64,000 bases of DNA from an uncultured delta proteobacterium. GTDB lineage: Bacteria > Desulfobacterota > Desulfobacteria > Desulfobacterales > SG8-13. Below are positions 50,621-61,242 of this stretch, one piece after another (the first letter of the stretch is position 1; each line of letters starts with the position of its first letter). Location: positions 56,792 to 120,791 of the forward strand of contig CAWBYM010000008.1 in NCBI GenBank assembly GCA_963792945.1. Direction: 5' to 3'. Under the pieces are notes generated by a model, which was not told the origin of the DNA, ran no database searches, and saw only the letters and a program-made list of their open reading frames with translations. A program made the translations under genes and the position numbers.

Positions 50621-50788
50621 AATTGGCGCGATCTTTTTTTATGTCAGATTCGGAGATCTAACGTACGCTTGTGGTGAAAACAACCCCTATTATCCGGTAC
50701 CTTCGCGGTGCCGGTGGTTTTCGCAATTTTCAAGATTCGAACAATTTTGGATGGTGCTGATCGTTCGGTTTCAACCGATGATGCCGAT

Positions 50789-50818
50789 TCTTTAACAAGG
50801 GCTTGCTGCCGGTGTCAA
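50789..50818 (-). promoter_or_regulatory. Sigma-70-type promoter for the Ni/Co operon
   Basis: TTGACA then TGTTAAAGA at 15-18 bp. Confidence 0.4.
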
Positions 50819-50984
50819 GTGGAATCGAGGACAAATGTGGGGGCCTGTCCTTATTTAAGCCGCGTGCTAGGATGTGATCGAAGGAAACAGGGCGACCAGC
50901 ATCCTTGACTTGGACCGTAAAATTAACTATCAATGGAAACTTTATACTCTTACCTCAACTCACCAGAAACAGACATTTTCATTC

Positions 50985-52649
50985 ATGGAAACGACGATCA
51001 GACAATTGATAAATGAGGCCGCCGCGCACGCCTATGAAAATGGCGCGCTTCCTTCCGGAGATTTTCCAAAGGTCACTATCGAAGTCCCTAAACTGGAAAT
51101 TCACGGTGATTTCTCGACCAACTTCGCCATGCTGATGGCCTCCATACAGAAGATGGCTCCCCGTCGAATCGCCGAGATCATTGTCGAGCACATGAGCGAT
51201 TCGCATCGGTCAGTGGAAAAAATCGACATTGCCGGGCCGGGATTCATCAATTTTTACCTCAAACCCGGTGCGTGGCACCCGGTGCTGAAAGAGATCCAAG
51301 ATGGCGACGACCGGTACGGCGCTTCGAATCTGGGCCGCGGCGATAAGATTCAGGTCGAATTTGTCAGTGCGAACCCCACCGGACCGCTGCACGTCGGACA
51401 TGGCCGGGGGGCGGCCGTGGGAGACAGCGTCGCCAACATCCTAGCGTTTTGCGGATATGCGGTTCAACGGGAATATTATCTTAACGATTCCGGCCGCCAA
51501 ATCCAGACCCTTGGCCGATCGGTTTTCCTGCGGTACCGGGAAGCTTTGGGCGAGGAGGTCGATTTCCCGCACGATTGCTATCAGGGAGACTACATCCGCG
51601 CCATTGCCGCAAGCGTCAAGGAACGGCACGGTGAAAGCCTCCTCAAGCGGGAAGAAATCGATGCGGTCATGACCTGTGCGCGGGTTGCCGCCGCAGACAT
51701 CCTTGCCGGCATACGGGAGGATCTCGGCGTATTCGGTGTCTCGTTCGATCAATGGTTCAGCGAGCAGAAGCTATACGATGACGGCAGGGTCGACCAAATC
51801 ATCGCGGATTTCCGCGCCAGCAGAACCATTTACGAACACGAAGGCGCCCTGTGGTTCAATACGAGCCGGTACGGGGACGAGAAAGACCGGGTTGTGGTGC
51901 GCGGCAACGGGCAGACCACCTATTTTGCATCGGACATCGCTTACCATCAGAACAAGTATGCCCGCGGATTCAAGCGCGTGATCGATGTCTGGGGTGCGGA
52001 TCACCACGGCTACATCCCCCGTATGACGGCGGCCATTGAAGCCTGCGGATATGACCGGAGCCAGTTTCATGTCATTCTGGTCCAATTGGTCAACCTGCTC
52101 AGGGCAGGAGAACCGGTGGCCATGTCCACCCGGGCGGGTGAGTTCGTCACCCTGCGGGAGGTGATCGACGAAGTCGGCAAAGATGCCGCGCGGTTTATTT
52201 TTCTGACACGGCATTATGACAGCCCCCTGGATTTCGATCTCGATCTGGCCAAGCAGCAGACCAACGAGAACCCGGTCTATTACGTTCAGTACGTGCATGC
52301 CCGCATTTCGAGCATTGTCCGAAAAGCCGCCGAACGGGGTGCGGAAGGCTTTCGGTGGAATGCCGCCGCCGTATCTCTGCTGCTGGAACCCGAGGAAATC
52401 CAGTTGATCAAAACCCTTTCCCGTTTTCCAGAAACCGTTGCAGCCAGCGCCGAGTACCTGGAACCGCATCGGATCACCTACTATCTCATGGGGCTGGCCG
52501 CAGCTTTCCATGCTTATTACAACAAGCACCGCGTGCTTTCTGAAGATCCGGGACTGAGTCGGGGGCGGCTGTGTCTCGTGGAAGCGGTTCGCAAGGTTAT
52601 CCGCAACGGGTTGACATTGTTGGGGGTGAGTGCACCGGAAAAAATGTGA
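50985..52649 (+). CDS. argS: Arginine--tRNA ligase
   Basis: [63 protein letters not shown]. Confidence 0.97.
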   Translation: METTIRQLINEAAAHAYENGALPSGDFPKVTIEVPKLEIHGDFSTNFAMLMASIQKMAPRRIAEIIVEHMSDSHRSVEKIDIAGPGFINFYLKPGAWHPVLKEIQDGDDRYGASNLGRGDKIQVEFVSANPTGPLHVGHGRGAAVGDSVANILAFCGYAVQREYYLNDSGRQIQTLGRSVFLRYREALGEEVDFPHDCYQGDYIRAIAASVKERHGESLLKREEIDAVMTCARVAAADILAGIREDLGVFGVSFDQWFSEQKLYDDGRVDQIIADFRASRTIYEHEGALWFNTSRYGDEKDRVVVRGNGQTTYFASDIAYHQNKYARGFKRVIDVWGADHHGYIPRMTAAIEACGYDRSQFHVILVQLVNLLRAGEPVAMSTRAGEFVTLREVIDEVGKDAARFIFLTRHYDSPLDFDLDLAKQQTNENPVYYVQYVHARISSIVRKAAERGAEGFRWNAAAVSLLLEPEEIQLIKTLSRFPETVAASAEYLEPHRITYYLMGLAAAFHAYYNKHRVLSEDPGLSRGRLCLVEAVRKVIRNGLTLLGVSAPEKM

Positions 52650-52819
52650 CGAGACGACAAATGATAAAGCCCATCTGTTTTGTCGCGTTTCACGTTGCGG
52701 CGTTGGCGCATACCCTATGAACGTGAATGCACTTCAACGGGGAACCGTCAATCCCACCTCCTGGGCGGTAAAACGATCAAACTAGGTTAGCGTAACCCAA
52801 CTATCCACGTTTTTTAAAC

Positions 52820-53593
52820 ATGGCGAACCGTCGTAAAAAAGACGAAAAAAAAATTGGTTTGAAGGAGAAATTCCGCCGGATTGCGTGGGGACGGTACCTG
52901 GCGATTGTCGCACTATCGGCCTGGATGTTCATCCTTGGCATACTCGTCGGACGCGGGACGGCCCCGGTGAAGTTCGACGTCAAAAGGCTCTCCGAAGAAC
53001 TTGCCGAACTCCGGGCGGCAGACTTGAAAAAATTGATGGCTCCGGTGGAAATGGAAGCCGACGAGGAGAAAACCAAGACAACTCTTGGATTCTACGAAGA
53101 ACTGAAAAAAAGTGAACCGGATGTTAGCGCCACGGGCAAGCCCGATGCGGACGCTGTCGAATCTCCGCGAAAACCGCAAAAGCAAGAAAAACAAACCGCC
53201 CCCCGATCCGCAACGGATGTAAAAGATAGACCTCAACCCGAAGAGACCTCGATCGCGAGAAAGGATCCAGCAGCAAAGGCGCCGGAAAAAAAGCCGGTGA
53301 AAACAACGAAACCGGTGGAAAAAGAAGACCCATCAGCCAGGGGGGCGACGACCAACGGGAAAGAGATGACCATTCAGGTGGCCTCTTTGAAGGCTTTGAA
53401 CGATGCCGATGCACTGGTTAAAAAGCTCAGCGACAAAGGGTACCCGGCATACAAAACTATTGCCATAGTGCCCGATAAGGGAATCTGGTTCCGCATTCGT
53501 GTCGGCCGATTCAGCAGCCAAGAGACGCTGGACGATATGATCGGGCGCTTGAAAAAAGACGGCTATCGTCCCATGGCCGTAGAGCGGCAGTGA
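52820..53593 (+). CDS. SPOR domain cell division protein (FtsN/DedD-like)
   Basis: Single TM, low-complexity linker, IQVASL...A..L..KL...GY.AY...WFRIRVG.F; follows argS. Confidence 0.85.
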   Translation: MANRRKKDEKKIGLKEKFRRIAWGRYLAIVALSAWMFILGILVGRGTAPVKFDVKRLSEELAELRAADLKKLMAPVEMEADEEKTKTTLGFYEELKKSEPDVSATGKPDADAVESPRKPQKQEKQTAPRSATDVKDRPQPEETSIARKDPAAKAPEKKPVKTTKPVEKEDPSARGATTNGKEMTIQVASLKALNDADALVKKLSDKGYPAYKTIAIVPDKGIWFRIRVGRFSSQETLDDMIGRLKKDGYRPMAVERQ

Positions 53594-53671
53594 TGAGAAA
53601 TCCACAACAGCCCCACCCGCGCTCTTTGAGCGCACAACCGTAAGTCGAACGGAAACTGACAGGGGGAAAAG

Positions 53672-53959
53672 ATGAAGATTTCCAAAGAAGAGCTTCTCCA
53701 TGTGGCCCATCTGGCCCGACTCGACCTGGACGAGAAGGCCATAGAGACGTTTGCCGATCAGATCGGCACAATTCTGGCGTATGTGGACCAGTTGAAAAGT
53801 GTCGACACCCAAGGGATTCGTCCCACATCGCACGCCATCGCTCTAACGAACGCTTTCAGGGATGACGAGCTCGACAATCACCTCGACACGAAAACCGCCC
53901 TGGCCAACGCACCTGAGAAAGATGAAGGAAGTTTTATCGTGCCAAAGGTTGTGGGGTGA
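53672..53959 (+). CDS. gatC: Asp/Glu-tRNA amidotransferase subunit C
   Basis: HVAHLARL, IL.YV.QL..VDT, NAFRDD, LANAP...F.VPKV. Confidence 0.95.
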   Translation: MKISKEELLHVAHLARLDLDEKAIETFADQIGTILAYVDQLKSVDTQGIRPTSHAIALTNAFRDDELDNHLDTKTALANAPEKDEGSFIVPKVVG

Positions 53960-53963
53960 TAAC

Positions 53964-54005
53964 GGGTTGCGGGTTACGGGTTACGGGTTGCGGGTTGCGG
54001 GTTAC
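53964..54005 (+). repeat. 7-bp tandem repeat (GGGTTRC) x6
   Basis: gggttgc gggttac gggttac gggttgc gggttgc gggttac. Confidence 0.9.
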
Positions 54006-54294
54006 AGAGTAGGGTCTAGGGTTTCGGGTTCTAGAGTTTTGCATAGGGTCTGGGTTGGAGTTGCATTCTATGAGTTTTGCATTCAGTGGGTTTAGGGGTT
54101 GGGGTTGGAGTTGGGGACTTATAGACTGTGAGTTAGGGTCTAGGATTGGGGTTGAGGGTTGGGTTGGGGTTGGGGTTTAGGGTCTGGGTCTAGGATGGAG
54201 TTGGAGTTCAAGTGCATAGGGTTGGGAACGGGGGGAAGTGTGAGCAAGTGGGTGTGAGCATGAAGCGAAGGGTTCCGACTTGAGGACGATGATT

Positions 54295-55765
54295 ATGAGG
54301 CTATACGAATTAACCATTCACCAGGCCCATGAACTGCTACGCCATAAAGAAATCACTTCCACAGAGCTGACCCGGGCCGTGTTGGAGAGAATCGATGCGG
54401 TCGACGGCCGGGTCGGGGCTTTTATGACGGTGACGGCCGATCCGGCCCTGGAGCAGGCAGGCAGCGGATGCACTCATCGCCGCCGGAGACGGCCGCCCCC
54501 TTACCGGTATCCCCCTGGCCGTCAAGGATTTAATCTCCACCAAGGGACTTCGGACCACCTGTGCTTCGCGGATACTGGAACACTACGTCCCGCCCTACGA
54601 TGCCACGGTCATCACCCGGTTCAAGTCCTGGGCGCGGTTATGGTCGGGAAAGCGAACCTGGATGAATTTGCCATGGGCTCTTCGACGGAGAATTCCGCCC
54701 TGCAGGTGACCCGGAATCCCTGGAACCCGGATTATGTCCCCGGCGGGTCCAGCGGTGGTTCGGCAGCGGCGGTCGCCGCCGGGGAATGCCTAGGGGCGTT
54801 GGGTTCGGACACCGGGGGCTCCATCCGCCAACCGGCGGCCCATTGCGGGGTGGTGCGGTCTGAAACCCACCTACGGCCGCATTTCCCGCTACGGGTTGGT
54901 GGCCTACGCCTCCTCCCTGGATCAGATCGGTCCGTTGACCAAGGATATTGTCACCGACTGCGCGATGCTTTCGATGTCATCGCCAAGGACACGATCCGGG
55001 CGACTCCACTTCGGTGCCGAAAGGCGTCCCGGATTACACGGCTGCCTTGGGTGGGAGCCTGAAGGGTTTGAAGATCGGATTGCCCCAGGAGTACTTCCAC
55101 GGGATGGACGGCCTCTCGACCCGGACTCTCCTCCGCGGTGGAAGAGGCCACCCGGGCCATCGAAGATCTGGGCGCAGGACGGGTGTCGGGTTCCTTGCCC
55201 CATACCCGCTATGTCGTGGCGGTCTATTACGTCATCGCGCCGTCTGAGGCGAGCTCCAATCTGGCCCGTTTCGACGGCGTCAAATACGGGTATCGCGACA
55301 AGGAATCATCGGGCCTGATCGACATGTACCGCAGTACACGTTCGAAAGGCTTCGGCGCGGAGGTGCAGCGGCGGATCATTATCGGAACCTACTGCCTGTC
55401 GTCCGGATACTATGATGCTTACTACGGTAAGGCTTCCCAGGTGCGCACCCTGATCATGGAAGACTTCAAGCAGGCCTTCGAAGAATGCGACGTCATCCTC
55501 ACCCCTGTGGCGCCGACGCCGGCCTTTAAAATCGGTGAGAAAGTCAACGACCCGTTGACCATGTACCTGTCCGATATCTTCACTCTGTCGGCCAACCTGG
55601 CCGGCATTCCGGGGTTTCCGTACCCTGCGGGTTCTCTGCCGACGGTCTGCCCGGTTGGGATGTCAGATTCTTGGCCAACACTTTGACGAGGAACGATTAC
55701 TGCAGGTCGCTTTCGGCTTCGAACAGGCGACCGGATTCCGTAAGAGTTAGAAGCCCAAACTATAA
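54295..55765 (+). CDS. gatA: Asp/Glu-tRNA amidotransferase subunit A (multiple frameshifts, probably sequencing errors)
   Basis: [71 protein letters not shown] spread over several frames. Confidence 0.9.
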
Positions 55766-55820
55766 ATAGCCATGTGTCGCAATTTGCACCAACTGAACTG
55801 GAGAAGAACCGGAGGAAACA

Positions 55821-56004
55821 ATGACCACAATACAGCCCGACAGTGAAGATATTCGGAAGGCGGTCGAAATGGATCATCGAGGAACGCAAGCACGACGCTT
55901 CGCGTCCTCTTGACAAATTACTCGAAGAAGCCAGCCGCAAATTCGACCTCTCGCCCCTGGATACGGAGTTTTTGCAACGGTTTGTAAAGGATGAAAAGAT
56001 TTAG
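55821..56004 (+). CDS. Small hypothetical protein (about 60 aa, one frameshift)
   Basis: GGAGG RBS; MTTIQPDSEDIRKAV / WIIEERKHDASRPLDKLLEEASRKFDLSPLDTEFLQRFVKDEKI after removing one base. Confidence 0.55.
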
Positions 56005-56010
56005 TGGTAT

Positions 56011-56045
56011 GAGTTGCGAGTTCCGAGTTCCGGGTTGCGAGTTGC
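56011..56045 (+). repeat. 7-bp tandem repeat (GRGTTSC) x5
   Basis: gagttgc gagttcc gagttcc gggttgc gagttgc, upstream of the four-helix-bundle gene. Confidence 0.8.
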
Positions 56046-56118
56046 GTGATACAAGCAACTTGAGGTGGTGCAAATTGATATTTTATGATCGAAACAAAAC
56101 AACAATTGAGCCATTTTG

Positions 56119-56484
56119 ATGAAAAGTTACAAGGAACTGGACATATACAAAACATCATTTGAGCTTGCTGTAAGAATCCATAGGGTATCAATGGGGCTTC
56201 CAGCTTACGAGCTGTATGAAGAGGGAAGTCAAATTCGAAGATCTTCAAAGGGGATTACTGCATCCATTGTCGAAGGGTATGGAAGAAGAAGATATAAGGC
56301 CGATTTTATTAAATTCCTTGTTTACGCCCATTCTTCATGTGATGAAACGATTCTCCACTTGAATTTCATCAAAGAAATTCATGAAGATTATGGAGATGAA
56401 ATTGATAATTTTTTAGAATCTTACGATGAATTAGGTGCTAAAATTAACCGTTTTATCCAGTACGTTGAAGCGAATTGGAAATAA
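56119..56484 (+). CDS. Four helix bundle protein (23S rRNA IVP / TIGR02436-like)
   Basis: YKELDIY, LP.YE.YE..SQIRRSS..I...IVEGYGRR....FI.FL.YA..S..ET; AT-rich gene. Confidence 0.9.
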   Translation: MKSYKELDIYKTSFELAVRIHRVSMGLPAYELYEEGSQIRRSSKGITASIVEGYGRRRYKADFIKFLVYAHSSCDETILHLNFIKEIHEDYGDEIDNFLESYDELGAKINRFIQYVEANWK

Positions 56485-56490
56485 AACCGG

Positions 56491-56624
56491 AACCCGCAAC
56501 CCGTATAGCAACGAGTTGTAACCCGCAACCCGCAACCCGTAGTCCGTAACCCGCAACCCGCAACCCGCAACCCGTAACCCGTAACCCGCAACCCGCAACC
56601 CGCAACCCGTAACCCGTAACCCGA
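56491..56624 (-). repeat. 7-bp tandem repeat (AACCCGY), about 17 units, inverted relative to the arrays at 53964 and 56011
   Basis: 2 units + spacer + 15 units, ending 8 bp before the mutL ATG. Confidence 0.92.
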
Positions 56625-56632
56625 AAACCAAC

Positions 56633-58534
56633 ATGTCCAAAATCAGAATCCTTCCTGAGATTATTTCCAACAAGATCGCTGCCGGTGAGGTGGTTGAACG
56701 GCCGGCTTCCGTGGTCAAGGAGTTGATGGAGAACTCTTTGGATGCCGGAAGCTCACGGATCGCCGTGGAAGTGGAACAAGGGGGCCGCCGTCTCATCCGG
56801 GTTTCAGACGACGGCGGCGGCATGAACCGCGACGATGCCTTGCTGGCGCTTGAGCGCTATGCGACGAGCAAGATTCGGACGGATGCGGACCTGTTTTCGA
56901 TCAAAAGCCTCGGTTTCAGGGGCGAAGCGCTGCCGAGCATGGCGGCCGTGTCCCGATTCACCCTCGTTACCCGCGAACACGACTCCGCCGTCGGTACCGA
57001 AATCTTAGTGGCGGGGGGAAAGATCCTGAAAGTTGTGGATACCGGTGTACCGCCGGGGACGATGGTGACGGTCGAGACGCTCTTTTTCAACACGCCGGCC
57101 CGACGGAAGTTCATGAAAACCGTGACCACGGAAATGGGTCACATCGCCGATGTGGTCAACTGCATCGCCCTGGGTCAGCCGGGGGTCTATTTCAAGCTGG
57201 AGCACAATGGCAAGACTCTCAAGAGCTGGCCGCCGGCTACGGATCGGCTTGACCGGGTCGCCGACGTGTTGGGGGAGGAGCTTCGTCCTGATCTCTGCCC
57301 GGTGGCCCGGCAGATCGATTGCGGTCTCCATCGACGGCTGGGTGTCGTCCCCGCGGGTTTACCGCAGCACTTCCCGGGGAATATTTCTTTATGTCAACGG
57401 GCGGTTCGTGCGCGACAGGGTTATTCAACACGCCCTGTTTGCCGGGTATCGGCAGCGGTTGGTCAAAGGCCGGTTTCCCGTGGCCGTCCTTTTCGTCACC
57501 CTGCCCAGCGACCGGGTTGACGTCAACGTTCATCCGACCAAACACGAGGTCCGGTTTGCCCGGCAGCGCCTCGTTCACGACCTGGTGCAGGCGGCGGTGG
57601 AAGAAACCCTCGACCGCGCTGAACGGCCGCAGTGGAATCGGGAGCGGTTTGCGCCGGCCAAGGGTTTGCAGGGTGTGGCGCACGTATTCGGAACCAGGGA
57701 AGCCCCGGTTATGAGGTTGAAAACTCAAGGTTCGCTGCGAAGCCCCCTCTTTAAGGCTGAAGGCTCAGCATCGAGAGTGGGGGGGGCAACGCGGTCGAAG
57801 GCAGAAGCCGGGACTGCACTTTGACCGACAGCGGCTTTCAGCGTCCGGAGCGCATGCAGAGGCCTGTCCGGCCATCAGCCGGTGGACGAAGGTGAAAATG
57901 GGCGTTCGTGCACGGCCGCCGAAGCGAATCGGATCATGTCGTACCGGAGAAGGGTTTTTCCGATCTGCGGATCATCGGTCAGTTCCGCAACACCTACATC
58001 GTCTGCGAAACCGCTGAGGGTTTGATGCTGCTGGATCAGCACGCCGCCCACGAACGCGTGCTTTACGAACAGCTCAAAAAACGCTCCGCAGCCTTGAAAA
58101 AAGAGGCCCAGCGGCTGCTGGTGCCGGAGACGGTCGAATTGGGCATCCGGGAAGCCGGAATCATGGAGGAGCTGCTACCCGAGTTCTCGACCCTCGGGCT
58201 CGAAATCGAGCCCTTCGGCGCCCAGACCTTCGTGGTGCGGTCAGTGCCCGCCATGCTGTCCGGCCGGGCCATCGAGCCGCTGATCCGGGAGGTGGTGGAG
58301 AAACTGGCTGCCCAGGGGTTCGGCGCTGGGCTGGACCATGCCATCGACCTCTGTCTGCAGCTCATGGCCTGCCATGGATCGATCCGGGCCCGCCAGGCGC
58401 TCGATGACCGGCAGATCCGGCACCTGCTGCGGCAACTCGATGACTGCGACAATCCCTCCCACTGCCCCCACGGGCGTCCGACCTGGCTGCAGTGGACAGG
58501 CCGGGAGCTGGAAAAGGCTTTCAGCCGAATATAA
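56633..58534 (+). CDS. mutL: DNA mismatch repair endonuclease MutL (frameshifted near 57310 and 57700-57910)
   Basis: NKIAAGEVVERPASVVKEL.ENSLDA, SLGFRGEAL.S, VDVNVHPTK.EV, DQHAAHER, ACH, CPHGRP. Confidence 0.93.
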
Positions 58535-58573
58535 AAAATCCCCCGGAGAATAAGATTCTCCGGGGGATTTTTT
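58533..58573. terminator. Bidirectional intrinsic terminator
   Basis: AAAAAATCCCCCGGAGAAT-AAG-ATTCTCCGGGGGATTTTTT between convergent mutL and fadL-like genes. Confidence 0.88.
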
Positions 58574-58613
58574 ATATATGAATCGACATAAATTTTTCAC
58601 CGAAAAATTTATT

Positions 58614-59948
58614 TTAGAAGAACTTCCACGTTACACCGGCCGCCAGGTTCCACACTTCTTTGTCGTATTCGACCGGCACACCAAAAAGATTTCTTGGATC
58701 CTCAGACACCCCGGTCACGGATTGGTACCAGATGTACGCGCCGCCCAGGGTGATGTCCCAGTTCGGGGTCGGGCTGAAAACGACACCGCAGCCGAGGGTG
58801 TTGGCGCTCAGCTTGGGCTCTTCGGGTTCGTTGATCTGCTGGTTGTCGTCGATCTCGATGTTCGTGTACAGGTAGCCGAGGCTGGCCTTCCATTTGGGAG
58901 AGAAAGTGTATTCGGCGGCCAGGCCCAGGTCCCAGCTGTTCCCCTCACCCTCGTACGTGTCGATGGTGGCGTTTTTTTCAAGATAGAGGACGTAATTGGC
59001 GTCTACTTTTAATTGGGGCAGGAACTTGTAGGACACGCCGAAACCGAGCTGACCCGGGATGTCGATCCGCCGTTTTGAACCGTCGGCAAATCCCAGGGCC
59101 GGGGCGATACCGAGGGTGTCGCGCCTCACGTCCATCTCGTATTCCATCTTGGTGTTTGAAATGAACGTGACGGCGGCATTGAGGTCCTTCCAGGCAAAAT
59201 TAACGCCCAGGATCCCGGCCCACCCGTCGGCATCCTCCTCGAGCCGGAGGCTCGGGTTGAGGGGCGCGTTGACGCCCGGGATCGTCGTGACGGCACTGAT
59301 CGTGGTTTCGCCGTCAAACTCGCGCGTGCCCGTGGAATAGCGGACTCCGGCGGCGAAGGAGAACATGTCGTTGAGGGCGAAGGAGCCGCCCAAGGTGAAA
59401 CCGAGGACCGAGCTCTGCTTGACCTCGAGGCTCATATCGTCGATTTGGCTGTAGGCGGCTGTCGGGGGGAGCAGGCCCGCACCGATGGCCGGTGCCAGCA
59501 GGGCGTTGGCCTGGGCGGCCACCCCCTGGGACAGAGCCACGGTCCGGGCGTTGCCGTCCTCGTAGTCGAGCTCGCCGCCCCCTGCCGGTATGGTGAAGGC
59601 GAAGAATCCGGCCCAGCGATCGCGTTTGTAAAGGGCGAAGGCGCCGGGGATGACCGAGGGCGTGTCGGCATTGAGGCGGCCGAAACCCGGGACGTCGTTG
59701 GAGTAGTCCTTGTTGAAATACAGGGCGTCAATCTTGGCGTAGGCGCCGTTTTCCATTTTCATGATACCGGCGGGATTGTACACGGCAATGTCGGGATGAT
59801 CCGTTGCCGCGCTGCGGTTGAGCGTGCGCATGTAGTCCGCGCTCTGGTTGTTCTTGTTGATGATGCCGCCGGCGTAGAGCGGGGATGCCGCCATGGCCAG
59901 CAGGCACAAAAGCACGATGGCCCCCAAAAGAAATGCTCCCTTTTTCAT
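58614..59948 (-). CDS. OmpP1/FadL family outer-membrane long-chain fatty acid transport protein
   Basis: Signal peptide, R.A..D...AVYNPAG, F.IPAGGG.L.Y, amphipathic beta strands, terminal F. Confidence 0.82.
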   Translation of the reverse strand: MKKGAFLLGAIVLLCLLAMAASPLYAGGIINKNNQSADYMRTLNRSAATDHPDIAVYNPAGIMKMENGAYAKIDALYFNKDYSNDVPGFGRLNADTPSVIPGAFALYKRDRWAGFFAFTIPAGGGELDYEDGNARTVALSQGVAAQANALLAPAIGAGLLPPTAAYSQIDDMSLEVKQSSVLGFTLGGSFALNDMFSFAAGVRYSTGTREFDGETTISAVTTIPGVNAPLNPSLRLEEDADGWAGILGVNFAWKDLNAAVTFISNTKMEYEMDVRRDTLGIAPALGFADGSKRRIDIPGQLGFGVSYKFLPQLKVDANYVLYLEKNATIDTYEGEGNSWDLGLAAEYTFSPKWKASLGYLYTNIEIDDNQQINEPEEPKLSANTLGCGVVFSPTPNWDITLGGAYIWYQSVTGVSEDPRNLFGVPVEYDKEVWNLAAGVTWKFF

Positions 59949-60685
59949 TCTTCCTCCCTCCCCCTGTTCGCGTGTGAATGCCAGAGTCAACGGTCTTCCC
60001 CATCTGTCGTAAACCCGTATATTTTAAAGGATTCGTCGGTGTTAAGTCAAATATATTCTAAAAGGGTCTGCACATTAAATGAATTTGGTTTGGCCGCTTA
60101 CCCCATGAATCCGCCTTTCTGCCAGCGGTGGTGGGAAATTTGGGTTCAGCCGCAGTGCCCGGCGGACGCCTCCTGCACCTGGGTGATCCAGTGGTCGTCC
60201 TATCTTCAGGTTCCGAGAGGTGGGACATGGTTGTATCATGTTCATATAAATATGAATTTTCCGATGAGGCGGCCGTTTTAGCCCCAGCCCCCAGACCAGG
60301 GAGGGGAGCGAGAGGATCGCAAAAAGCATAAAAATAGCCATTTAATTTGTCTTTCAGGGCATTTTTAGCCTTTTCTTTCATCTCAGGCAACTATCGATAC
60401 TGAAAGGGAATCTCGAGTGGGCTTTGCGGATCTGAACGCTGGATCACTTGGTGCCCTGTGACGCCTGGAATGGCTTAAGTTGTTATATTAACAGATAGTT
60501 ATCGTGAAAAATGTTCATCGCCCGGCAAAGAGGCCCGTTTTTTCCGCGACCACCACAATCGGCGTCAAACGGAGAAATACTTCCGGGAGTGCCCTTTTAA
60601 AGGCGAGTTTCGAGTGGGGATCGAAGACATTTCCGGCTCCTGAATAGGCATGAACAGAGGGTTGACGTAAAATAAAAGTTGATTT

Positions 60686-60698
60686 TATCAAAAGATTG
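60686..60698 (+). promoter_or_regulatory. IHF consensus match
   Basis: TATCAAAAGATTG fits WATCAANNNNTTR and overlaps a TTGATT...TATACG promoter-like stretch. Confidence 0.3.
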
Positions 60699-61242
60699 CT
60701 ATACGATTCTTGCGGTTTGTTTTTTTAGCCGGGAAGGAAAGTGTTAGAAGCGCTTATTTGCTTGACTTCAGAATGCCGGCTTGATAAACGATGCTTCCAT
60801 GCGCAGATGTGATGCTGCGCATAATGAAGACGCCATACCGAACGGTAACGGGCAGAGAGCTCCTTGCCCGCGGAAAGCAAGTTGCAGCAGATTGAGGCCC
60901 AAACCGGACTGTGGATATATGACGAATCGTCTCTTGCAGATATTCGTGGACATCGTTGCGAATGGTTTTTTAAAGGGCCTGTGAGCCCTGTCAGGATGCC
61001 GAAACTGGTGGCGTCCTTTTTTTACTTGTAGCCGTTAAGGCGCCGTTTGTAACCCGTTGACGGCGTCATCACCTGCGGCAGCCGCTGCTGCCGGAAACCG
61101 CAAACGCAAAACCCGAAAGGAGGTGGTGGTTCCGCCGTTTCAACGATGATGATTATGAGGATGATCATTATTGAGGATGTGTCATTGTTTTGAGGATGGA
61201 TGTTTTTTTCGTATTGAAAAATTCTTTAAGGAGGAATGACAG

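Noticed and set aside
50620..50790. Cobalamin or NiCo riboswitch upstream of the DUF4198 gene
   Set aside because: Conserved blocks (AGGGAA, GCCACTG, AGYCAG.AGACC; NiCo GAGCAGG/GGGAC) not found by eye
56119..56484. Diversity-generating retroelement (Avd-like gene)
   Set aside because: No reverse transcriptase and no TR/VR repeat pair visible in the window
56491..56624. CRISPR array
   Set aside because: Contiguous 7-bp units with no unique spacers and no cas genes
60860..61130. c-di-GMP-I riboswitch in the porin leader
   Set aside because: GAAA/GCAAA fragments are present but not in the required two-hairpin arrangement
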